Positions 25,905 to 36,021 of a stretch of DNA of 52,551 nt are shown in pieces. Position 1 is the stretch's first letter. Each line of letters starts with the position of its first letter. The stretch comes from an uncultured Acidobacteriaceae bacterium (lineage in GTDB: Bacteria; Acidobacteriota; Terriglobia; Terriglobales; Acidobacteriaceae): positions 1-52,551 of the forward strand of contig CAZSUK010000497.1 of NCBI GenBank assembly GCA_964609355.1. The letters are read 5' to 3'. The notes beneath the pieces were generated by a model, which was not told the DNA's origin, ran no database searches, and was given only the letters and a program-made list of their open reading frames with translations. The position numbers and the translations under genes were made by a program.

Positions 25905-27767
25905 CTAAAGAGCGGCCTTCGCCGGTGATGTATCGAACTGTACACTATACAACTGGGCGTAGGTACCACCCAAAGCCAGTAGCTGGTCGTGCGTGCCTTG
26001 TTCGGACACCACCCCGTCTTTCAGCACAATGATTTTGTTCGCGTCGCGGATGGTACTCAGCCGGTGCGCAATGGTAAGTACCGTCCGGCCTTTCATCAAT
26101 CGTTCCAGCGCCTGGATGACCAGTCTCTCCGACTCCGTATCCAGCGCCGCCGTTGGTTCATCCAGGATCAGGATCGGATTGTTGCGGATGATGGCGCGAG
26201 CGATTCCTATGCGTTGCCGCTGGCCGCCGGAGAGAGTATCGCCGCGGTCCCCGACGAAGGTGTCATAGCCATTCGGCATGCGGGCGATGAATTCGTCTGC
26301 GTTCGCCAGTTTTGCCGCCTCGATGATCTCGTCATCGGTCGCGCCGGCACGGCCGTATGCAATGTTGTCTCGTACAGTCCCGCGAAAGAGAACTGTCTCC
26401 TGCAGAACATAGCCGATTTGGTCACGCAAATTCTGCAATCGATAATCGCGAACATCGATGCCGTCTACCAACACAGCGCCGGCGCTGGGATCGTAAAAGC
26501 GGGGAATCAGGCTCATGATGGTTGATTTGCCTCCGCCGGTCGGACCCACCACGCCGATCATTTGTCCCGGTTGAACAGTGAAACTCACATCACGCAGCAC
26601 GGGACAGCTTTCGTCGTACGCGAAAGCCACGTGATCAAAGGCGATTTCACCCTGGATTACCTTCTCGCTGGGCTCTGCCTTTTCCGGGAGGATGGAGTCG
26701 GCGTCAAGAATGGTTCGAATGCGTTCCACCGCGACGGCCGTCTGCGCGATGGAGTTATTCATACTCGCCAGGTCTTTCACCGGCTTGAAAAATGAACCCA
26801 GGTAAGAGAGAAAGACAGTCAACTCACCAGCGGTCATTCCGCCCGTGAGGATCAGGAGTGAGCCACGCCATAGTACGAACGCAACACAAAAAGAAACGAT
26901 AATGGCAACGATGGGCGAGAGCAGGGCCTTGACTTGGCGCGCTTTAAGGGCGGCGGCCACAGTTGCCTGGCTGACGACCGCAAGCGCTTGCTGTTCAAGT
27001 TCCTGGCGCCCGAACGCGGTGACCACTCGTATCGATTCCAGGTCCTGCTGCACTACGGCCACTATGTTGCTTTGCTGCTTGCGTACTTCGTGGGTCGAGC
27101 TCTTGACTGCCTTCTTGAACCTTGAGGCCAGCAGCAGCAGCAAGGGAGTGATCGCAACCGCGATCAGGGTGAAATCCCAGTTGAGAAAAAACATCACGAC
27201 CAGCATTCCCAAGATCGTGAACATGTCGACCAGGATTCCGAGTGTGGCAGAGGAGGCGAAGTTCTGGATGGTGAGCACGTCGGCGGTAATGGTGCTCAGC
27301 AGAACGCCTGACTGATGAGTGTCGTAGTAGCGCAACGACAGGTACTGAAGATGATGGTAGGTGCGCATGCGCAGGTCATTCGCCACCCACTGCCCGACGC
27401 TTTCGGTGTAGTAGTTAGCTATGTAGGACCCGGCAGCGTTCAAGACAGCAATCAAAATAACGGCAAGGGCCGCGATCTCTGCAAGATGGGCCCGGTGAGC
27501 ATGGGCGAGCAAGGGCTTGATTAGATGGCCGATCCAGGGATCAAGTTTGCGGCCGACGACCACGTTGTCGATGATGATTTTGAGTGGCCATGGCGCCGCC
27601 AGGGTCATGGTGCTCTGGACCAGCATGGCCACCAGAATTATGGCCAAACTACCCCGATAGGGGCGGAGCAATCCCCGAATGAGGGGCATCATGCCCGGGT
27701 CATTGGGGTCTTTTCCGCTATCCTGGTCCATGGGCCCGTCAACCACTCTGGTACACCTCTCACGCAA
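25905..27767 (-). CDS. ABC transporter permease/ATP-binding fusion protein (MsbA-like exporter)
   Basis: Six-TM N-domain plus an NBD with Walker A GPTGGGKST, signature LSGGQRQR and Walker B ILILDEPT. The start may be the ATG at 27731 rather than the TTG at 27767. Confidence 0.9.
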   Translation of the reverse strand: MRERCTRVVDGPMDQDSGKDPNDPGMMPLIRGLLRPYRGSLAIILVAMLVQSTMTLAAPWPLKIIIDNVVVGRKLDPWIGHLIKPLLAHAHRAHLAEIAALAVILIAVLNAAGSYIANYYTESVGQWVANDLRMRTYHHLQYLSLRYYDTHQSGVLLSTITADVLTIQNFASSATLGILVDMFTILGMLVVMFFLNWDFTLIAVAITPLLLLLASRFKKAVKSSTHEVRKQQSNIVAVVQQDLESIRVVTAFGRQELEQQALAVVSQATVAAALKARQVKALLSPIVAIIVSFCVAFVLWRGSLLILTGGMTAGELTVFLSYLGSFFKPVKDLASMNNSIAQTAVAVERIRTILDADSILPEKAEPSEKVIQGEIAFDHVAFAYDESCPVLRDVSFTVQPGQMIGVVGPTGGGKSTIMSLIPRFYDPSAGAVLVDGIDVRDYRLQNLRDQIGYVLQETVLFRGTVRDNIAYGRAGATDDEIIEAAKLANADEFIARMPNGYDTFVGDRGDTLSGGQRQRIGIARAIIRNNPILILDEPTAALDTESERLVIQALERLMKGRTVLTIAHRLSTIRDANKIIVLKDGVVSEQGTHDQLLALGGTYAQLYSVQFDTSPAKAAL

Positions 27768-27926
27768 GGATGGGGTTTACCATACTCTAAACGTTCACCC
27801 GCCCCGCTGTCTCCGCTTTCCCGCGGGCTTCGGAAGCCAGGATAACCGTCGATTCCCAGGTTTTATTTGTGGTCGAGAAGTCAGGTTTTAGAGGTTTGCG
27901 GAAGAGTCAGTGCGTCTGGCGGCCGA

Positions 27927-29261
27927 TCAATTCGAATCAAATTGCAATTCGGACGTATCTGCACCCGTGCCTGACCGCCGCATTACAAAATAGAGGGCCA
28001 AGCCGACCGCGATCCATAATACTCCCAGCAATTGCGCGCTATGGCTCAGGTTTAGCCAGATGAACAGGTCGATCAGCAGACCAGCCAAGGGCACCACCAA
28101 CGCCCCCGGCGCCTTGCTTTTGCCGCGGATGGCGTAATGCACAATCGCCGCCAGGTTCACGCCCATGAAGGCGATAAAGGCTCCAAAATTGAGCAATTCC
28201 GCGCCTTGCCCGTAAGTCATAAGGAACACTCCGGCCAACATGCACGTGCCCACCAGGAGGACGTTATTTCGTGGGATACCGGTGCCAGGATGGATTGCAG
28301 CGAAGAAGCCCGAAGGCAGAGCCTTCCCGCGACCCATTCCATAGAGCAGCCGCGACGCACCGAACTGGCTTGCGATACCCGAACCCATGTTCGCGATCAG
28401 CAGGGTTGCATTCAGAAGCTGAAACAGAAACTTGCCTCCCACGCGCATCGCCACGTGGACGTAGGCTGTGTCTACCATGGATTCTGGGTAGGGCGTACGG
28501 AAGGGCCATGCGAGTTGGGCCACGTAGACTTCGATTGAGGAGAGCACTCCGACGATAAGACAGGTAAAGACCGTTGCCAGCAAAATGTTGCGCCTTGGGT
28601 TCTCTACCTCCTCTGACATGGTCGAAATCCCATCGAATCCCATGTACGTCAAGACCGCGACCGATGTCCCTCGAAACAATCGCGACGGGGAAAAGGTCGC
28701 CGGATCGTAGAAGGGAAGAAGCCACTGACCCGCCACAGGCCGCACCACGAATGCTATATAGCGCACCGCGTACGCCAGAAATATGACCAACACGATGCTC
28801 ATGCCGATGGTCAGGATTGTATTTACCCGGCTTGAGGCTTGCACTCCGCGCAAGTTCAGCGCCGTGAATATGAGAACGAATGCCACGGCCCAGGCAGCAT
28901 AAGGGACACCCGGCAATACATTTTGCGCGGCGGCGCTGCACCAGATCGCACAGATGATCGGGTTCAGCAGATAATCCATCAGCATGGACCAGCCCACTAC
29001 GTAGCCCAATAAAGGGTGTAGCTCTTTGGCAACATAGGTATATGCCGAGCCGGCGCTGGGATAGACGCGTGCCATTCGCCCATAGCTCACCGCCGTGAGC
29101 AGCATTGCAGCCATGCCGATTAGGATGGTCGTCACGACTTGGCCGCCGGCTACATTGCTGACGACCCCGTAAATACCCATGGGTGCGATCGGCTGGATGA
29201 TCACGATGCCGTACAACACCAGATGCCGCAGCTTCAGGGATCGCCGCAGTCCTGTTGGCAA
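27927..29261 (-). CDS. APC superfamily amino acid/polyamine permease
   Basis: 444 aa, about 12 TM, N-terminal LKLRHLVLYGIVIIQPIAPMG typical of APC permeases. TTG start, since there is no in-frame ATG/GTG upstream before the stop. Confidence 0.85.
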   Translation of the reverse strand: MPTGLRRSLKLRHLVLYGIVIIQPIAPMGIYGVVSNVAGGQVVTTILIGMAAMLLTAVSYGRMARVYPSAGSAYTYVAKELHPLLGYVVGWSMLMDYLLNPIICAIWCSAAAQNVLPGVPYAAWAVAFVLIFTALNLRGVQASSRVNTILTIGMSIVLVIFLAYAVRYIAFVVRPVAGQWLLPFYDPATFSPSRLFRGTSVAVLTYMGFDGISTMSEEVENPRRNILLATVFTCLIVGVLSSIEVYVAQLAWPFRTPYPESMVDTAYVHVAMRVGGKFLFQLLNATLLIANMGSGIASQFGASRLLYGMGRGKALPSGFFAAIHPGTGIPRNNVLLVGTCMLAGVFLMTYGQGAELLNFGAFIAFMGVNLAAIVHYAIRGKSKAPGALVVPLAGLLIDLFIWLNLSHSAQLLGVLWIAVGLALYFVMRRSGTGADTSELQFDSN

Positions 29262-29476
29262 TCCTGTTCCCGCCTCTGCCGTTACTGATCCTGTTGCCTT
29301 GTCCAGCGGATACCTCTTTCCCTTATGCGGCCTGGTTGTCTGCTTAATTCCCGGGTCATGACCAATTCAGCGAGGTCGAATACGTTAGAGATGTTCGGAA
29401 AGGCTAATGGTATGCGAGCGGGGATTGTCAGTCCAATCGAACAGGCAAACACAATGGCATAACTTCTCGGCCAACT

Positions 29477-32400
29477 TCATTTGGCAGTGGCGATCAGGTG
29501 GAAGATCTGGGCTCCATATTTTTCTACAATTCCCATTCCTACGCCCGGCACAGCGAGCAAGTCAGAGTCGCTCCTCGGGCAAGTGCTTGCTATATTGCGC
29601 AACGTGCGATCACCAAAGATGCGAAAGGCGGGCATTTTTCTCCGCTTGGCCTCGGTCAATCGCCAGGCACGCAATGCTTGTTCCAGGCGCGCCTGGCGCT
29701 CCGGTGGAGGCGCATCTGACGCTGTTGCCGCGGCGGCACGTTTTTTGGCGCGTTTTGGAGTGGCTCCCGGAGCGGCTGCATCTCTCATCACGAACAGGTG
29801 GGCCTGACTCTCATTGAAGTTGAGTCCTGCGGGCAAAATGCTGACGTTCCGGTAAGGGATGCGCTTGCCTTGCGTCTCGAAAACGGCATCGGTAAACGAC
29901 AGCAGTTCTGCCCGGGCCATGGCCCCCAGAACTTCTTCGAAGGTATCCCGGCTGAGGTCGTTATCGGGATAGAGGTCGGTGTGCAGCTTTCCCGTGGATC
30001 GGGCAGGAACAGATCGCAGTTTTCTAAGAATGCGATCGAAAGCGATTTTTTCCGCATGCGTCGGAGTGCGAAACTTTTGTGCAACGCAGTTAGCCGGCTC
30101 GCAAAAGTCGCATATTCCGCATCCCTCAGCAGTGTCTGACGTATCCCCGAAATGGTGAACAAGTGATTTCATGCGGCAGTGGTGGCCCTCCGCGAAGCGG
30201 ATAATCTCCTCCAGCTGACTCTGCTTCTGATCGGCCTGCTGGGTATAGGAAGCTCGCCAACTGTTTACGCCAAGGCTTACATTCTCGGCAAAATCCACCA
30301 CCGCGCCTTTGTGAATCCACAGCTTCTCCAAGGCTTTGTCGAAGATGTCTTCATCCATCTTCGCCAGCTTGCGCACTGCTTCCTTGGGTTGGGATTGGCC
30401 GGAAAGCAGGGTAAAGATGCGGTCCAGCAACGCAACCGGAGGATAATCTCGCCCGAAGAAGAAGTCATGGGTGTGGCGATCCGCATAGGAGTACATCAGA
30501 ATGGCGCGGCTGGGCTTTCCATCCCTGCCTGCGCGGCCTATTTCCTGATAGTAACCCTCCAGACTGCCTGGAAACGCAGTGTGAATCACCGTGCGGACAT
30601 CGGCTTTATCAATGCCCATGCCGAAGGCCGTGGTCGCTACCATGACATCCGCCTTACCTGCCATGAACTGTTCCTGCACCCGCCGCCTTCGTTGGGCGTC
30701 GAGCCCGGCATGATAGCCGGCCACGCGAAAGTCGCGTGCCCAGGCGCCTGCGAGAGCCTCGGCTTGTTTACGCGTGGGCGTGTAGACAATGGCAGGACGG
30801 TTGACGGCCTCACGCAGGATGGCATGCGCCAGCCCGGGCCGATTGGAGGGCAGTGCCTCCACAATCTCGATACCGATATTTTCCCGGCGAAACCCGTGAA
30901 TGAACTGCTTGATGCCGCTCAGCCCCAGCTGGGCCGCGATGTCTTTCTGTACCAGGGGAGTGGCGGTTGCAGTAAGAGCGAGTACCGGCGCGGGGCGAAA
31001 GCTCGGCAGATACTGGCCCAGCATACGGTAATCGGGACGAAAGTCGTGGCCCCATTGCGAGATGCAATGCGCTTCATCGATGGCGATCAGCGCAGGCTTT
31101 CGTTTGGCCAACATCTCAGGAAAACCGGGCACGCGAAGCCGCTCGGGAGCGATAAACAGGAACTGAAGGTTGCCCTTTATGTAGTCGATACAAGCCTGCC
31201 GGGAGCTCTCACGGTCGCGGCCGGAGTGGATGCACTCGGCCGACAGGCCGAGATCCTTGAGCTTGCGCACCTGGTCGTCCATCAAGGCGATCAGCGGGCT
31301 GATTACCAGCGTCGTCCCGCCACGCGCCAGGCCCGGTAATTGATAGCAAAGTGATTTGCCTGATCCTGTGGGCATCACCAGCAGCGCGTCTTCGCCTGCC
31401 GTCACGGCCTGGCACACCGCCTGTTGGTTTGGGCGAAAACTGGAAAATCCAAAAACACTTTTGAGCAACTCGCTGGGGCTGGCGTTGCTGGGGATTGCTT
31501 TCGGAGCGGGAGTTTCTTGCGGGGCAGCGTTCACTGGTGTGGTTTCGCTCACCCGGCCCACGACCGAGCGCACGTATTCACTAATCCGTTCCAGAAAAGG
31601 ATCCAGTTGTGCTTCGCCATGCTGGATGCGGTTCAGGAACGCTTCCCATTGCCCGGTCATCGCCGGGCTCTTCACTTCTGGATGTACTACCTCGATCAGG
31701 TGGATCCCTTTTTCCGTGGCTTCGAGGCTCTTGCCTGTCCTAATGACGTAGGCGCGCTTCAAAAGCACTTCAATGATGGCTGCCCGGGTGGCTGGTGTTC
31801 CGAGGCCGGTCTCCTTCATGGCATCGGAGAGTTCTTTTTCATCCAGACTTTTGCCGGCGGTTTGCATAGCCGTCAGGATCGTGGCGTCGGTGAACCGTTG
31901 GGGAGGGCGGGTCTTCTTCTTTTGCGCTTCGACCTTGGTTACTGTCTGTGGCTGGCCCTGGGCGAGCGTCGCTGGCAGCGCCTGGTCGGTTACCTCGGCA
32001 TCTCTCCCCTGCTCTCGTCTGCGGGTGTCCGCGCCGGGATCGAGAATCTTCCAGCCTGCCTGGCGCACCACTGTTCCGGTAGTTCGGTACCGGTCCACCA
32101 CCGCTGCACTGCGGATGGCTGTAATCACCGTGGTTACTTCCTGCAGGTAGTCGTTATGCCACAACATGAGCAGGCGCCGGCAGACCAGGTCGTAAATCTT
32201 GCTTTCCTCATCCGAGAGCCGATCAGGCTGTTGCTTAACCGCGGTGGGAATAATGGCGTGGTGATCGCTGACCTTGGCGTCGTCGACATAGCGCTTGCCC
32301 AGAGTGCGCTCGCCTGTTCCCGGAGCCAATTGTTGTTGATAGGGACCGGAAATGGCCTGCACGATTTTAGGGAGTGTTTCCGCGATATCTGTCGAAAGAT

Positions 32401-33394
32401 GACGGCTGTCGGTGCGGGGATAGCTGATGAGTTTGTGCTGCTCATAAAGCGTCTGCGCCAGATCAAGCGTTTTTTGCGCGCTGAAGCCATAGAGACGGTT
32501 GGCATGCCGCTGCAGGTCAGTCAGGTCATAGAGCAATGGCGGTGGCGTACGCACCGTCTCTGAGCTGAGCGTCTCGATGGCGGCGTGGCCGGTTTTCGCC
32601 CGCGCTATGATCTGCTCGGCTTCCTTTCCATCGGCGGCCAGTCGACTGCTTTCGTTGGTCTTGACGTCAGGCCGGAACCAGGTGCCGTCATACGTTTCGG
32701 TCAGTGCTGTTGCCTGGAAGGTGGCGACCACGTGCAGGTAATCCTCGGGCACGAAGCGTCGTAACGCGAGTTCACGGTCAACGATCATGGCCAGCGTCGG
32801 AGTTTGCACCCGGCCGACAGACAGCTCTTCGTTGTAGACGATTGAGTAGGCGCGCGACAGATTCATGCCTACCAGCCAATCGGCGCGGCTGCGTCCGCAG
32901 GCAGCGTCGGCCAGCCGGTCATACTCGCTGCCAGGGCGAAGGCTCGCGAATCCTTTCCGGATCGCATCCGGCGTCAGTGAGGAGATCCACAGCCTGCTGA
33001 AGGGTTTTTCACTTTTGACCGCTTCGTAGATGTAGCGGAAAATCAGCTCGCCTTCACGCCCCGCATCCGTGGCGCACACGATCCGCGAAACGCGCGGAGA
33101 GAGAAGTATCTTTTGCACTACTTCAAACTGCTCTTTGCTGCGCTCGTAGACCACTAGGGGCCATTGATCGGGGAGAATGGGCAGCGACTCGAGTCGCCAC
33201 TGCTTCCACTGGGGATTCATCTGGTGGGGCTCAGCCAGCGCAACCAGGTGCCCGATGGCCCAGGTGACCACGTATCCATTGCCCTGCAGATAGCCGTTCC
33301 CCCGCTTGTCGGCCCCTAATACACGAGCAATGTCACGCGCCACCGAGGGCTTTTCCGCCAGAACTGCGATGGTGCCGGATTCCTGTTCACTCAT
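29477..33394 (-). CDS. Fusion protein: type IA DNA topoisomerase III (N-terminal) and RecQ-family helicase with HRDC (C-terminal)
   Basis: Single 1305-aa ORF. Residues 1-~610: TOPRIM (IAVLAEKPSVA), CATDAGREGE, active-site Tyr in LISYPRTDSRHLS (Tyr325), TPATRAAIIE. Residues ~612-640: Pro/Ala/Ser linker. Residues 641-1305: RecQ motif 0 FRPNQ, PTGSGKS, DEAH, LTATAT, YYQEIGRAGRDG, Cys cluster CRMK...CGICDFC, C-terminal HRDC (AFRIFGDRTLRNIA...LLAVPGVG). Confidence 0.9.
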   Translation of the reverse strand: MSEQESGTIAVLAEKPSVARDIARVLGADKRGNGYLQGNGYVVTWAIGHLVALAEPHQMNPQWKQWRLESLPILPDQWPLVVYERSKEQFEVVQKILLSPRVSRIVCATDAGREGELIFRYIYEAVKSEKPFSRLWISSLTPDAIRKGFASLRPGSEYDRLADAACGRSRADWLVGMNLSRAYSIVYNEELSVGRVQTPTLAMIVDRELALRRFVPEDYLHVVATFQATALTETYDGTWFRPDVKTNESSRLAADGKEAEQIIARAKTGHAAIETLSSETVRTPPPLLYDLTDLQRHANRLYGFSAQKTLDLAQTLYEQHKLISYPRTDSRHLSTDIAETLPKIVQAISGPYQQQLAPGTGERTLGKRYVDDAKVSDHHAIIPTAVKQQPDRLSDEESKIYDLVCRRLLMLWHNDYLQEVTTVITAIRSAAVVDRYRTTGTVVRQAGWKILDPGADTRRREQGRDAEVTDQALPATLAQGQPQTVTKVEAQKKKTRPPQRFTDATILTAMQTAGKSLDEKELSDAMKETGLGTPATRAAIIEVLLKRAYVIRTGKSLEATEKGIHLIEVVHPEVKSPAMTGQWEAFLNRIQHGEAQLDPFLERISEYVRSVVGRVSETTPVNAAPQETPAPKAIPSNASPSELLKSVFGFSSFRPNQQAVCQAVTAGEDALLVMPTGSGKSLCYQLPGLARGGTTLVISPLIALMDDQVRKLKDLGLSAECIHSGRDRESSRQACIDYIKGNLQFLFIAPERLRVPGFPEMLAKRKPALIAIDEAHCISQWGHDFRPDYRMLGQYLPSFRPAPVLALTATATPLVQKDIAAQLGLSGIKQFIHGFRRENIGIEIVEALPSNRPGLAHAILREAVNRPAIVYTPTRKQAEALAGAWARDFRVAGYHAGLDAQRRRRVQEQFMAGKADVMVATTAFGMGIDKADVRTVIHTAFPGSLEGYYQEIGRAGRDGKPSRAILMYSYADRHTHDFFFGRDYPPVALLDRIFTLLSGQSQPKEAVRKLAKMDEDIFDKALEKLWIHKGAVVDFAENVSLGVNSWRASYTQQADQKQSQLEEIIRFAEGHHCRMKSLVHHFGDTSDTAEGCGICDFCEPANCVAQKFRTPTHAEKIAFDRILRKLRSVPARSTGKLHTDLYPDNDLSRDTFEEVLGAMARAELLSFTDAVFETQGKRIPYRNVSILPAGLNFNESQAHLFVMRDAAAPGATPKRAKKRAAAATASDAPPPERQARLEQALRAWRLTEAKRRKMPAFRIFGDRTLRNIASTCPRSDSDLLAVPGVGMGIVEKYGAQIFHLIATAK

Positions 33395-33519
33395 TTTGCT
33401 TCTCTCAGTCTAATCCCTCCTCGCAGAGGAGGCCTTGTGGGCGCCTTTGCGGCGGCGGCGCCAGTGGAGGGACCAGCGGTTCTACTGTTGCGGCAACATG
33501 AGAAATGTTTTAATCAACT

Positions 33520-34731
33520 GTGGACGTTTCCCTCGATCAGATAAGAAAAGCAGAACAGCGAATTCGCGATTTCATCTACTTCTCCCCCTGCCAGCTCTCG
33601 GCGGCTCTTTCCGAAGTGACCGGCCAACAGGTGTACCTGAAGCTGGATAACCTGCAGCGGACCGGCGCCTTCAAAGAACGCGGTGCGCTGAACCGGATTC
33701 TGCTCTTGAGCGATGACGAAAAGCGGCGCGGAGTCGTCGCCGCCAGTGCGGGCAATCACGCCCAGGCCGTCGCCTACCATGCCACCCAGCGCGGCGTAGC
33801 GGCGCGTATCGTCATGCCGCTCATGACCCCGCTGGTGAAAATCTCAGCAACCCGTGGATTCGGGGCCGAGGTGATCCTCCAGGGAGCAAATTACGATGAG
33901 GCATGTGTGGAAGCACTCCGCATCTGCGAATTGGAGGGGATGACTTTTCTGCATCCTTTCGATGACCATGCGGTCATCAATGGTCAAGGCACGATCGGTC
34001 TTGAATTACTGGAGCAGGTGCAGGGCCTCGAAGCCGTCGTCGTGCCAATCGGCGGCGGTGGGCTGATCAGCGGTGTGGCCTGTGCATTGAAAGAAGCCAA
34101 CCCGGCGATCCGCGTTGTGGGTGTCGAAACGGAGCGTCTTCCTTCCATGCTGCGCGCGATTGAGAACGGAAGCCCGGTCACCCTGCCGGCGGAAGCCACG
34201 ATTGCGGATGGCATTGCTGTGCGTCGCGCAGGGGATCTCACTCTGCCCCTGGTGAAACGATTTGTCGACGAGATCGTCACCGTCGATGAAGAGGAGATTG
34301 CCAACGCCATCATGGTTTTGCTGGAAAGAGAAAAAACCCTGGCGGAGGGTGCGGGAGCCGTGGCGCTGGCGGCCCTGCTACAGAAGAAGACCTCACTGAA
34401 AGGGCAACGAACAGCGGTTTTGGTCTGCGGCGGAAACATCGATGTAAGTCTCCTGGCCAGGATTATCGAACGCGGCCTGGTGAAGGATAGCCGGCGGGTG
34501 CGCATCCGGGTCCATCTGGCGGACCGGCCCGGTGCTCTCCATCAGCTGACAAAGATCCTCTCCGATCAGCGTGCAAACATTGTCGAAACCTTACACAACC
34601 GTGCCTATTACGGCGTCAATTTGGGCGATACCGTCATCGACATCACGCTCGAAACGCGCGGCGCCGCGCATATTGTCGCGATTGGCGAAGCACTTGAGGC
34701 CGAGGGCTACCGATATGAGCGTATCCAGTAA
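33520..34731 (+). CDS. ilvA: Threonine ammonia-lyase (threonine dehydratase), short form with one regulatory domain
   Basis: GTG start, 403 aa. PLP-lysine motif [24 protein letters not shown] loop and a C-terminal ACT-like domain. Confidence 0.9.
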   Translation: MDVSLDQIRKAEQRIRDFIYFSPCQLSAALSEVTGQQVYLKLDNLQRTGAFKERGALNRILLLSDDEKRRGVVAASAGNHAQAVAYHATQRGVAARIVMPLMTPLVKISATRGFGAEVILQGANYDEACVEALRICELEGMTFLHPFDDHAVINGQGTIGLELLEQVQGLEAVVVPIGGGGLISGVACALKEANPAIRVVGVETERLPSMLRAIENGSPVTLPAEATIADGIAVRRAGDLTLPLVKRFVDEIVTVDEEEIANAIMVLLEREKTLAEGAGAVALAALLQKKTSLKGQRTAVLVCGGNIDVSLLARIIERGLVKDSRRVRIRVHLADRPGALHQLTKILSDQRANIVETLHNRAYYGVNLGDTVIDITLETRGAAHIVAIGEALEAEGYRYERIQ

Positions 34732-35917
34732 ACCAATGCAGGAATTTATGCGGCTGAAGCGCCTTCCGCCGTATGTCTTCAACATCACCGGCGAACTGAA
34801 GGCTGCTGCCCGGGCGCGCGGAGAAGACATTATTGACTTTGGTATGGGCAACCCTGATGGCGCTACGCCCAAGCACATCGTCGACAAGATGATCGAAGCA
34901 GCGGGCAAGACCGCGACCCACCGCTATTCTTTGTCGAAGGGAATTCCAAGACTGCGCAAAGCAATTTGTAATTGGTACCTCAAACGGTATGGGGTTGAGC
35001 TTGATCCGCTCATCGAGGCAATTGTGACCATAGGTTCCAAAGAAGGAATCGCTCACCTCTGCCTGGCCACGCTCGACCGCGGGGATGTGGTGGCGGTGCC
35101 CAGCCCCAGTTATCCAATTCACATTTATGGTCCGGTGATCGCGGGAGCGAACGTTCGCGCCATCCCGGTGCACAGCACCGATGATTTTCTAGCGGAGTTG
35201 GAGCATGCCGTCCCTCTGATGTATCCACGTCCGAAAATGCTGATTCTGAATTTTCCTGCCAATCCCACCACGCAGTGTGTGGACCTGGCATTTTTCGAGC
35301 GAGTCGTCGCTCTCTGTAAAGAATTCCAAATCTACCTGGTGCATGATCTGGCCTATGCTGACATCGTTTTCGATGGATATCGTGCGCCGTCAATCCTGCA
35401 GGTACCGGGAGCGAAGGAGATTGCGGTCGAGTTTTTCACTTTGTCGAAGAGCTACAACATGCCCGGCTGGCGGGTGGGTTTTATGGTGGGCAATCCTGAG
35501 ATGGTGGCAGCCCTGGGCCGGCTGAAGAGCTATTTTGATTACGGAACGTTCACGCCGATTCAGGTGGCTTCCATCCTCGCCCTGGAAGGTCCGCAGGAGT
35601 GTGTGCAGGAAATTTGCGACAACTACCGCAAGCGGCGGGATGTCCTCGTTAAGGGATTGAATCAACTGAACTGGCAAGTGCCATTGCCCAAGGCCACGAT
35701 GTTTGTTTGGGCATCCATCCCGGAGCGGTATAAAGCGATGGGCTCGCTTGAATTTTCCAAAAAACTCCTGACCGAGGCCAAGGTCGCGGTCAGCCCTGGC
35801 GTCGGATTTGGGGAGCACGGGGATGAGCACGTGCGTTTTTCGCTGATTGAGAACGAAGAACGAACCAGGCAGGCACTGCGGGGCATCAAGCAGATGTTCC
35901 AGCAAGAGAGCACCTAG
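34715..35917 (+). CDS. Class I/II pyridoxal-phosphate aminotransferase (alanine transaminase-like)
   Basis: RLPPYVF N-terminus, PANPT, PLP-lysine motif [19 protein letters not shown] at 34715 has GAGGG 8 nt upstream and overlaps the ilvA end by 17 nt. The ATG at 34736 is an alternative. Confidence 0.85.
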   Translation: MSVSSKPMQEFMRLKRLPPYVFNITGELKAAARARGEDIIDFGMGNPDGATPKHIVDKMIEAAGKTATHRYSLSKGIPRLRKAICNWYLKRYGVELDPLIEAIVTIGSKEGIAHLCLATLDRGDVVAVPSPSYPIHIYGPVIAGANVRAIPVHSTDDFLAELEHAVPLMYPRPKMLILNFPANPTTQCVDLAFFERVVALCKEFQIYLVHDLAYADIVFDGYRAPSILQVPGAKEIAVEFFTLSKSYNMPGWRVGFMVGNPEMVAALGRLKSYFDYGTFTPIQVASILALEGPQECVQEICDNYRKRRDVLVKGLNQLNWQVPLPKATMFVWASIPERYKAMGSLEFSKKLLTEAKVAVSPGVGFGEHGDEHVRFSLIENEERTRQALRGIKQMFQQEST

Positions 35918-36021
35918 AGCACTCAGTCCGTCCTGATTTTTCCAGCGGAGCCCGCTCACCAAGGCGGTGATGCGGGCCTGCCGGGACTCTTCGGTGCCCA
36001 TGATTGTTGCAAAATCAGTTC

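Noticed and set aside
30179-32563. Two long plus-strand ORFs (30179..31339, 386 aa; 31424..32563, 379 aa) opposite the Topo III-RecQ gene. Similar long antisense ORFs lie at 3914..4699, 12601..13533, 14017..14601, 35390..36001, 37643..38686 and 50794..51693.
   Set aside because: Their products are Arg/Gly/Pro/His-rich and low in complexity, with no recognisable motifs. Each lies exactly opposite a gene with strong family signatures. These are typical shadow ORFs of high-GC DNA.
33486-33498. 13-bp palindrome TGTTGCGGCAACA about 22 nt upstream of the ilvA GTG, and a 7-bp hairpin CCTCCTC-GCA-GAGGAGG (33416-33432) upstream of the Topo III-RecQ start.
   Set aside because: Both are short enough to occur by chance in GC-rich DNA. 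No second copy or known motif class supports a regulatory call.
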